Virus record (IMG/VR): IMGVR_UViG_3300027973_000066 | Span: 1-58,196 of that record | Reading direction: 5' to 3' (one strand) | DNA: 58,196 nt | Source of the DNA: a virus | Lineage: Duplodnaviria; Caudoviricetes | In this document: positions 12,059 to 18,910 of the stretch, piece by piece | Position numbering within the stretch: the first letter of the stretch is position 1 | Layout of the letters: each line of letters opens with the position of its first letter | The notes under the pieces: generated by a model | Databases searched by the model: none | Told to the model about the DNA's origin: nothing | What the model saw: only the letters and a program-made list of their open reading frames with translations | Position numbers and translations under genes: made by a program

Positions 12059-12850
12059 CTAAGCGTTGGCGTCGTTTTGGATGTAGATCACATGGAACTC
12101 GCCGGTGACAGCACTGCCGGCGGTGCTTGATGTCGCCCGCATTTCAATGTCTGTTTTTTCTGGCACCATAATTGGAGTATCAAAATGGCGATCAAAAGAA
12201 TTTCCAGCGGTCATTTTACACGTTGATTCTACCACAAACACAGAGCCCAATTTCCTTAAATTAAGAGAGCCAGTAATTATGACATTGGCCGTTGTGTTTC
12301 CAGAAGTCCAAGCACAAGAAGTGATGTAGGCCGTGTACCCAGCCGGCACCGTCCAAAATGCCTGCTCAGACACGTTGTACCCAACAGAAACATACCCATA
12401 GATCGTCGCAGGTACACCAGACGTAACCGTGCCAACGCCAGCATACAAAATGCCAGCAGCCGTGCCGCCAGAACCTGCCGTCAAAACTTCCATGTAGTGA
12501 AACCGAAGGTAGCTGTTCACAGTGTTAACAGCCGTCTGCCCGTTCAACGTCACGGTTTCAGAGATTTCGTTGTAATCGGCATCAAGCCCATTAACCAAAA
12601 CCGTCCTGGCACCAGTGCCGGCAGCAGCGTCACTTGCGCTGGCGCTGGAGATCTTCAGGACAGTGGCCGCAGATGGGTATGCGTAAAGCGTGCCGCCACC
12701 CGGCCACAAGGTCGAGAGGGCCGTTCCCACGCTTGTGTTTGTGCCAAACTGGAACAGCCGCTCATGCCAGGAGATCTGGCCTCGAGCCACCTGAAGCTCA
12801 AAAGGCTCAAAACGACCACTTTGGGTAATCGACCAAGCTGTAGTGGGCAT
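12059..12850 (-). CDS. Putative virion structural protein
   Basis: 263-aa beta-rich ORF in the structural operon. Confidence 0.6.
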   Translation of the reverse strand: MPTTAWSITQSGRFEPFELQVARGQISWHERLFQFGTNTSVGTALSTLWPGGGTLYAYPSAATVLKISSASASDAAAGTGARTVLVNGLDADYNEISETVTLNGQTAVNTVNSYLRFHYMEVLTAGSGGTAAGILYAGVGTVTSGVPATIYGYVSVGYNVSEQAFWTVPAGYTAYITSCAWTSGNTTANVIITGSLNLRKLGSVFVVESTCKMTAGNSFDRHFDTPIMVPEKTDIEMRATSSTAGSAVTGEFHVIYIQNDANA

Positions 12851-13023
12851 TATGCTTTATCCTTCTTACGTCCAGCGCGCATCGCAGTGACGTTATCTAC
12901 CAAATTCGGCCAGGGCCTGCCAGCAGCACGAGCGCTAGCCTTGGCCGAAGTAACCTGCTTCCGGCTCATGTGCTTATCACCAGAGTCCTTCGGAGCATCT
13001 TTTTCCCAGAAAGCCTTTTTCAT
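12850..13023 (-). CDS. Small basic hypothetical protein
   Basis: TGATG/TAATG coupling to both neighbours; AGRPWPNLVDN motif. Confidence 0.65.
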   Translation of the reverse strand: MKKAFWEKDAPKDSGDKHMSRKQVTSAKASARAAGRPWPNLVDNVTAMRAGRKKDKA

Positions 13024-13292
13024 CAATTGCAATCCCACTTGCGAAGAGCCTTGTTGATCCTGCTATTTGGATCATTTGCCGTCTTAGCGCCAGTCAAATG
13101 CTTACGCATCCCCTCCATCCGCGAACAGAAGTTGTCCCGGCGAGATGCAGCTACTTTGCTATGCTTCGCCGTTTCACGTGAAACAGGCGGCTTTATGTCG
13201 TGACCTTCAGCACGCAACGAGGCTCGGCCCTTTGCATTCAATCCACCAGAAGGGTTTTTACCTTCTTTACGTGTCCATGCACCAGCCATCAC
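13023..13292 (-). CDS. Small basic phage protein (possibly DUF6321-like)
   Basis: AWTRKEGKNPSGGLNAKGR...FCSRM...ALRKWDC pattern; GAGGGG RBS. Confidence 0.65.
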   Translation of the reverse strand: MMAGAWTRKEGKNPSGGLNAKGRASLRAEGHDIKPPVSRETAKHSKVAASRRDNFCSRMEGMRKHLTGAKTANDPNSRINKALRKWDCN

Positions 13293-13304
13293 ATAACCCC
13301 CTCT

Positions 13305-13333
13305 AAGAAAAGATGGGGGCCGAAGCCCCCACC
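13305..13333 (-). terminator. Rho-independent terminator
   Basis: TGGGGGC-TTCG-GCCCCCA followed by TCTTTTCTT on the minus strand. Confidence 0.85.
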
Positions 13334-13336
13334 TGA

Positions 13337-13645
13337 TTAGTCGATAGAGACGGTATGCCGACCCTTGGCCGGCGTGCCGCTGTGGGCGCTAGAGAGGGGG
13401 CTGCTGTCAGCACCCACGCGGCCACCGGCCTTGCGGGGCTTGCGGCCCATGTGAGCCTTAGCAGCCATGCCAGCCACCTTGCCCATAGCCTTGCCACCAC
13501 GCTTGCGCTCTTCAGCAGCCTTGGTGATCTTGGGGGCATTCACGCGGCTCTCAGGAGCCTCACGAATGTCCTGCTCATACTCACGAGTGCCCATGCTGGG
13601 GGAGTCCATCCCACCACCAGAAGCGCGATTTTTACGACCCTTCAT
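13337..13645 (-). CDS. Small basic protein with three xxGG motifs
   Basis: AGGAG RBS; RASGG, RKRGG and RKAGG motifs. Confidence 0.7.
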   Translation of the reverse strand: MKGRKNRASGGGMDSPSMGTREYEQDIREAPESRVNAPKITKAAEERKRGGKAMGKVAGMAAKAHMGRKPRKAGGRVGADSSPLSSAHSGTPAKGRHTVSID

Positions 13646-13656
13646 GAGGTGTCTCC

Positions 13657-14109
13657 TTATTGCTGAGCGTAGATGATCGTCACTTCCACATAGCCGGCGC
13701 TGGTAGCGCCAACCGGAGTGACGGTAACAACAACCGGCGCTGACGTTGCAGCAGCAGCACCGAGAACAGTCACACCGCTCATCGCCGCAAGCTGCGCGGC
13801 GCTGAAGGTGATAGAAGCGCGGCCAGCAGTCTTAGCGTTTACGCTGCCAACATACTGCGTACCAGCAGCGGCAGTGCCAATGCTCAGAGTTGCAGACGTG
13901 GCAGAGTTGAACGCCGTCAGAACGTCAATGTTGAAGTCGATGATCTGCGAGCCAGCCGGAATGTAGATGGTAGACGAAACGGCAGTGGTGCTGTTTTGAG
14001 TGATCGTCGTAGTTTGGATGAGGGTCACATAGCCCTGGTTGGGGCCGTTAGTCTCGCCAGACTGAAGATCACCAGACAGAACCGGGCCGCTAAAGTGGGT
14101 AGCCGCCAT
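13657..14109 (-). CDS. Putative capsid decoration / minor head protein
   Basis: 150-aa beta-rich ORF (THFSGP N-terminus) downstream of the capsid gene. Confidence 0.6.
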   Translation of the reverse strand: MAATHFSGPVLSGDLQSGETNGPNQGYVTLIQTTTITQNSTTAVSSTIYIPAGSQIIDFNIDVLTAFNSATSATLSIGTAAAGTQYVGSVNAKTAGRASITFSAAQLAAMSGVTVLGAAAATSAPVVVTVTPVGATSAGYVEVTIIYAQQ

Positions 14110-14110
14110 T

Positions 14111-14812
14111 TTAGTGGTTCCTTTCTGTTGAAGAGGTGGAGAGCGTCACGTTCGGGTTACCCTCACTATGCAGCTTCAGATACTCAACTGCGTTCATGAG
14201 GATCTCCGTGCTATCTTTCAGCTTACCAATCCCGGTGTTGCAGTCTGAACACAACAGCCCCCGGATTGCTCCAGTGATGTGGCTGTGATCCACAGACAGA
14301 GCTTTCAGCTTCCCACCACGCTTTTGCGTTTCGGGTTGAAGGCAAATAGCACACTTGCCTCCTTGAGCATCAAGCATCTTGTTGTAATCTTCCAACGAAA
14401 GGTTAAAGCGCCTTTGAAGGTGCGTCTTGCGCCAAAACACAGGGTTTTGTTCGCGATGCGCCTTCATGTAATCGGCACGGGTATCAAATTCCGACACGTT
14501 GCCAGTGCCTTGTGACACCTGCAAATTGTCAAAACGGCAATCTTTTTTATCACCATTTTTAAATCTAATACGCCGATCCGGCCATTCTCCAGTCATGTAA
14601 AACCAAGCAAGCCGCCCATCGGTCACTTCTTCGCCTTCAAGACGAATATAGCGATACCCATCGGTATCGCCAGAACCACCAGCACGACTGCCCGCCCTCA
14701 CATTTTTGGCGGGGCTAATTTTCCACACAAACGCGCCAGTGGCTGGATTGTAATCCAGCGCCTGCCGCACTTGCTCGTGTGAAAAACTAGGCACCTTTGC
14801 TTTACCCTTCAT
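14111..14812 (-). CDS. Free-standing homing endonuclease: degenerate HNH-like domain plus endonuclease VII domain
   Basis: N-terminal YNPATG.F.W...RLAW.YMTGEWP module; C-terminal CAIC...VDHSH.TG.IRGLLCSDCN. Start at MKGK after GAGAGGG. Confidence 0.85.
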   Translation of the reverse strand: MKGKAKVPSFSHEQVRQALDYNPATGAFVWKISPAKNVRAGSRAGGSGDTDGYRYIRLEGEEVTDGRLAWFYMTGEWPDRRIRFKNGDKKDCRFDNLQVSQGTGNVSEFDTRADYMKAHREQNPVFWRKTHLQRRFNLSLEDYNKMLDAQGGKCAICLQPETQKRGGKLKALSVDHSHITGAIRGLLCSDCNTGIGKLKDSTEILMNAVEYLKLHSEGNPNVTLSTSSTERNH

Positions 14813-14817
14813 TTTTT

Positions 14818-14872
14818 CCCTCTCTGGTTCACTATGTTTGAACCGTAAACCAGAGAGGGGGAAGATTGTCAA
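14818..14872 (-). promoter_or_regulatory. RBS-sequestering hairpin plus TTGACA box upstream of the endonuclease gene
   Basis: 12-bp inverted repeat at 14818-14829 / 14848-14859 covering the RBS; TTGACA at 14872..14867. Confidence 0.6.
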
Positions 14873-14909
14873 CTCCAGGATGGAGCTTTCCAAAAACCCT
14901 TTTAGATCA

Positions 14910-15821
14910 TTAGGTTGGAAAGCTACCATAGATTGCACGGAAGTTATAATATCCGAAGCTGTACCTCTCGTAGCCTTTCACCAGGAGGTTATCCGTGACG
15001 AAGTCGACTTGCATATCCGTCTCAAACTTGATGCGCTCCATGTAGGAGAGGCCATCAATGTTCGTGAGCAGGAACCAAGCGCGGCTCGACGTGAGGAAGT
15101 CGTTCACCATGTACGACTCTGGCAGGCCGCCAGCGGTCATCATGATTGCATTGACATCGTTGTCGGCAGTGCCAGGACGCAGTTCGGTCTTGGTCAGGCG
15201 GATAGCAACCGGCTCAAGCTGGGGCGGAACCACCAGCTTGCGAGCGCGGGCGAAGACCTTCAGGCCGGCCTGATCCTTGAAGTTCGTACGAACGGCGATC
15301 ATGCCGTTCAGCAGCGTGGCTTCATTCAGGTCAACGTCAGTCGTCGGGCGGTTCGCAACCGTGCCACCGTCAATCGGGTGGTCGGTGGCGCACAGAGCCT
15401 TGCCGTCACCACCAATCGACGCATTGTAGGTCGTGGCGGTGTTCAGCACGTTCGCGCCGTAGATTTCCTTGGTCTGCTGGAAGGACTCGATCAGACCGAG
15501 GTTCGACGGGTGGAACTGCGTCTTGTACAGGTTGTCGTCGATCGCCTTGCGGGTGATAGCATACCCCAGGGCGATTTCGGTGTGTTCCTGGTTGTACACA
15601 AAACGCTCACCAGCGCCCGAGTCAAATGCAGTCTGACCACCTTCGGTCTTCAACTGCGCAAGGCCCAGGTACCGCATTTCAGCAGTACGCTCGAGGGCCA
15701 TCTTCGAGTCGTGCTTGGTGAACACCTTGTCGTACTGCGACGGGATCATCTCATACTTGCCTTCGACACCGCGAAGGCCGGGCAGGAGAAGATCCTTAAT
15801 GGCACTAAGATTAACAGCCAT
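14910..15821 (-). CDS. Major capsid protein
   Basis: 303 aa with HK97-fold-type pattern (LGYAITRKAIDDNLY, GGDGKALC..DHP, KLVVPPQL, ERYSFG); AAGGAG RBS; gene position. Confidence 0.85.
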   Translation of the reverse strand: MAVNLSAIKDLLLPGLRGVEGKYEMIPSQYDKVFTKHDSKMALERTAEMRYLGLAQLKTEGGQTAFDSGAGERFVYNQEHTEIALGYAITRKAIDDNLYKTQFHPSNLGLIESFQQTKEIYGANVLNTATTYNASIGGDGKALCATDHPIDGGTVANRPTTDVDLNEATLLNGMIAVRTNFKDQAGLKVFARARKLVVPPQLEPVAIRLTKTELRPGTADNDVNAIMMTAGGLPESYMVNDFLTSSRAWFLLTNIDGLSYMERIKFETDMQVDFVTDNLLVKGYERYSFGYYNFRAIYGSFPT

Positions 15822-15833
15822 GGTTCTTGCTCC

Positions 15834-16463
15834 TTACGAGATGCCGGTGGGGCCAGCGCCATTAGAGCGCAGCCACTCATTGTTGAAGCCAACAACCACC
15901 CAGTTAGAGGCGGAGTTCACATCAGTGCCAGGACCACCGGGCGGCTGCGTGATCAGATCGACCACAACAAACGGGAAGGTGACCGTGGTGCCCAGGCTGT
16001 TCAGGTACGCACCCGAAATGCCGGTGGAGGTGTTGCCCGTGCCAATGGCAAACTGAGCATACTGACCAACAGGGCTGCTGGTGAAGGTGCTGAGAGTGCC
16101 GCTGATGTTGAACGTGGTGCTGTTGCCCTGCACCACAAAGCGGGTGTTGGGGTCATCAATCACATACGCTTCAACGTCACCAGTTGCATCAGAACCGGGC
16201 CAGTAGTTGCTGAACACGGGGCGCTTCTGCGACGTGGACAGATACTTGCAACCCACGAAGATGCCGGCCAGCGTGGTCGTGCCGGGCGAGGCCTGCGTGA
16301 TGTAGCCGTTGGCGGTGCTGACGACCGGCATAACCGGGTCGCCATAATAGATGGCCGTGGTGTTGCCAGCGGCAATTCGGCGGGCAGTCTGAGCGAAGGT
16401 CGGTGCGCCACCAGCCCCACCCTGATACTGCCGGAAACCAAACGGTGCATTGGTATTTGGCAC
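15834..16463 (-). CDS. Putative capsid cement / stabilising protein
   Basis: N-terminal NAPFGFR, IYYGDPV and GIFVGC motifs; immediately upstream of the capsid gene. Confidence 0.65.
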   Translation of the reverse strand: MPNTNAPFGFRQYQGGAGGAPTFAQTARRIAAGNTTAIYYGDPVMPVVSTANGYITQASPGTTTLAGIFVGCKYLSTSQKRPVFSNYWPGSDATGDVEAYVIDDPNTRFVVQGNSTTFNISGTLSTFTSSPVGQYAQFAIGTGNTSTGISGAYLNSLGTTVTFPFVVVDLITQPPGGPGTDVNSASNWVVVGFNNEWLRSNGAGPTGIS

Positions 16464-16491
16464 TGTTTGTGATCCTTATACTAAGCGCATC

Positions 16492-16549
16492 ATCGCACGC
16501 CGGGGCGATTCAGGGCTGGGACATCGTTTTACCCTTCCGCCGGGGAAGG
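16492..16549 (-). promoter_or_regulatory. Two tandem hairpins sharing a CCCCGGCG core in the leader of the capsid operon
   Basis: CCTTCC-CCGGC-GGAAGG and ATCGC-CCCGGCGT-GCGAT on the minus strand. Confidence 0.55.
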
Positions 16550-16600
16550 ACATATTGGCCTTATAAGACCAAGCGAATAATGATTGCCAGCATTTTTTGT

Positions 16601-16637
16601 AAAAGAAAAGGGCAAACCGCTTACACGATTTGCCCTT
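16601..16637 (-). terminator. Rho-independent terminator
   Basis: AAGGGCAAA...TTTGCCCTT stem followed by TTCTTTT. Confidence 0.7.
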
Positions 16638-16666
16638 ATGTAAAGAAAATTCGGTTTTCTTAACAA

Positions 16667-17278
16667 TCAGTCCTGCGGAATTGGCATGGGCTCATAACCA
16701 CGGCTGATTTTCGGCTTTACCTGGGCGTGGTCACGCCCAAATTGACCTTCAGGCGCTGAACCAAGCTGCGCCTCCTTGTGCTTCACCTGCTCCTTGGCAT
16801 TGCGCTGGTCAATGTTGCGGAATTGCTCGGTGATCACCTTGGGCCGCATCATAAGCTGCATGCCCTTACGCTCGATGGTGTGATAATTGCCGTTGGCCGG
16901 CATCATCTCAGGGTGACGGCTGGCAGGGACAGTCTCCCAGCCCGCGCGTGCCAGTTGGACCTGATACGCAGGGTCTTCCTGATTGTAGATGGTCTTGCGC
17001 TTCCACTCATAGCTCCAACCATCAGGGATCTTGTGGGGCTCGATGTAGAAGTCGTCAGTGCCCTCATCCAGGCCGCCCAGGTGCTGCATAATCTCAGCAG
17101 CGCGGCGAGCAGCAGCCGCACGAGGGTCTTCCTCACGCATAGCTGGGCGCATGGCCGGGCGAGAGACAGCAGCCTCCTGCTCAGGCGCTACAGCCTGCTC
17201 AAGAACTTCGCCTTCAGCGGCATCAACGGGGAGAATGCGACGGGGGCGGCCACGCCGGCCACGAATAGGAGCTTCCAT
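16667..17278 (-). CDS. Hypothetical head-region protein
   Basis: 203 aa; P.GW.Y.W and GWE.V motifs; lies between scaffold-like and capsid genes. Confidence 0.7.
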   Translation of the reverse strand: MEAPIRGRRGRPRRILPVDAAEGEVLEQAVAPEQEAAVSRPAMRPAMREEDPRAAAARRAAEIMQHLGGLDEGTDDFYIEPHKIPDGWSYEWKRKTIYNQEDPAYQVQLARAGWETVPASRHPEMMPANGNYHTIERKGMQLMMRPKVITEQFRNIDQRNAKEQVKHKEAQLGSAPEGQFGRDHAQVKPKISRGYEPMPIPQD

Positions 17279-17292
17279 GTTCTATTTCCTTC

Positions 17293-18168
17293 TCAGTGCA
17301 ACTTGCCTTCGCGCTTCAAGGCGATCTTGTTGCGCGCGTAATCCTCGGGCGACATGCCCATCATGCTAGCCATCTCACGCTCTTCGGAACTGAGCCTCAC
17401 AACATTAGGCCGGGTGCCAGATGCCGTGCCAGAACGAGACACAGGAGCAGCAGCAGGGGCCGATCGACGTTGTGCCGGCGCGGAAGCAGAAGACAGGGCG
17501 GATTCCTGCTCAACCACTGGCGCGCCAATACCCAGAACCTTTTCGACCGAAGCAAAATACTCGGGCGTGTCGGATGCAATGCCGTCAGCGGTCACAAGAT
17601 TGTGCGCTGCAATCATCTTCTGGGTCAGGCGAGGCGTGCGGGCATACTCAGGATGGGCCCGAACCCACGCAGCAGAAGGCGCAGACAGTTGCGAAGCCAG
17701 TTGCTCAACCGGATCCGCATGCTGCACCTGCTGAACAGGCTGCCTTGACTGAGCCTCCATGGCAGACATGCCGTTTTCAAGCTGAAGCAGCTTGGCGCGG
17801 GCGTCAGCCATCGCCTCCTGGTACTCGGCGGCGCTATCATAGTCGCCAACAGCCATCGCCTGCTTGTAATTACCCTTCAGGATATCCCCTTCGCGCTTCA
17901 TCGTGTCGATGGCAGTGCGAACAAGCTGAAGGTTGGAGCTATCCACCTCGCTACGGGCCTGCTGGGCCTGCGAGGTAGCCTGATGAGCGCGATATTCCGC
18001 CTCTTCACGGCCCTTGCGCTCAACTTCTAGCCGGCGGCGCAGTTCTTCCACACCATCTTCGGCGGAAATGACCGGTTTTGCCTCAGTTTCAACAACAACA
18101 TCAGGCGTTTCGGCCACAGGCTCATCAACCTGAACCTCAATTTCTTCGGTTTCTTTGGCGTCAGACAT
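17293..18168 (-). CDS. Putative scaffolding protein
   Basis: Acidic N-terminus, long coiled coil, C-terminal 'VRLS.EE..MA..MGMS.EDYA' helix; upstream of the capsid gene. Confidence 0.65.
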   Translation of the reverse strand: MSDAKETEEIEVQVDEPVAETPDVVVETEAKPVISAEDGVEELRRRLEVERKGREEAEYRAHQATSQAQQARSEVDSSNLQLVRTAIDTMKREGDILKGNYKQAMAVGDYDSAAEYQEAMADARAKLLQLENGMSAMEAQSRQPVQQVQHADPVEQLASQLSAPSAAWVRAHPEYARTPRLTQKMIAAHNLVTADGIASDTPEYFASVEKVLGIGAPVVEQESALSSASAPAQRRSAPAAAPVSRSGTASGTRPNVVRLSSEEREMASMMGMSPEDYARNKIALKREGKLH

Positions 18169-18180
18169 GAATTTTTCCCC

Positions 18181-18573
18181 TTACCAGACCTGATCGGGCG
18201 CAGTAATTTTGCCACGCACTGCCGTATCTTCCAAAATTCGGCACATCAGGTTGTTGATGGTGATACCCCAGCCGTCAGACGGGCGGAAAATCACCCAGTC
18301 GCCCTCATTCACCTCAATATCGGTGAACCACTGCTCGCTGGCATCGACAAAGGCCATCGGCCCCTTCTTCACCACGAGCCCAACCTTGCCCTGGATCTTA
18401 TCCTCGGCCACGGTGGCGTCAGGAAGGTAAATCCCGCTCTTGGTTTTTGTCGGGCGCACGTAAATTGCAACCAGAACCTGATTATTAAACAGTTCAATGG
18501 TCGAAAGATCGCCAATATCCTCCAGGATACCGGCCTTAGGATCATTGACATGATCCATGGTCATAAACGGCAT
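18181..18573 (-). CDS. groES: Phage co-chaperonin GroES (Cpn10)
   Basis: VLV...KTKSGIYLP...GLVVKKGP...V..GDWVIF...ILED signature. Confidence 0.85.
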   Translation of the reverse strand: MPFMTMDHVNDPKAGILEDIGDLSTIELFNNQVLVAIYVRPTKTKSGIYLPDATVAEDKIQGKVGLVVKKGPMAFVDASEQWFTDIEVNEGDWVIFRPSDGWGITINNLMCRILEDTAVRGKITAPDQVW

Positions 18574-18583
18574 TGTTTTTCCC

Positions 18584-18793
18584 CTACCGATTGCTCTGAC
18601 TAGACCGAATTTTCGCCTCTCCAATCAAGTCATCCATATTGCGAAGTGCCATTATTGCACCTTGCACATACGTTATACTACCATTTCCGGTTTGGTTAAT
18701 AGGTGTGCTTACAAGCAACTCCTTTAGCCTCTCGATCTCTTCGGAAATGAGTCGATTTATCTCTTTTTCAAACATTGCTGCGTTGGTCAGCAT
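18584..18793 (-). CDS. Small helical hypothetical protein
   Basis: 69 aa with AAGGAG RBS; upstream of groES. Confidence 0.7.
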   Translation of the reverse strand: MLTNAAMFEKEINRLISEEIERLKELLVSTPINQTGNGSITYVQGAIMALRNMDDLIGEAKIRSSQSNR

Positions 18794-18800
18794 GTCCAGA

Positions 18801-18906
18801 TCTCTCCTTCTGGCCCCTCGCCATAGATGCCGGGCCGGGAAGGTGGGAGAGGAGACACCTTCCCGGCCCCATTCGCGCGCCTCTGTGCGGAGGGTCAGCG
18901 CGCGAA
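18801..18906 (-). promoter_or_regulatory. Structured intergenic RNA (two strong hairpins)
   Basis: 14-bp perfect stem at 18832-18845 / 18856-18869 and 9-bp stem at 18872-18880 / 18898-18906. Confidence 0.55.
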
Positions 18907-18910
18907 GGTC

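Noticed and set aside
14111-14909. Group I intron around the endonuclease
   Set aside because: The capsid gene ends normally and the next gene has its own start; only about 100 nt of non-coding sequence, with no intron core visible.
14838-16472. 544-aa plus-strand ORF opposite the capsid genes
   Set aside because: Antisense shadow of GC-biased coding sequence; no recognisable motifs or RBS.
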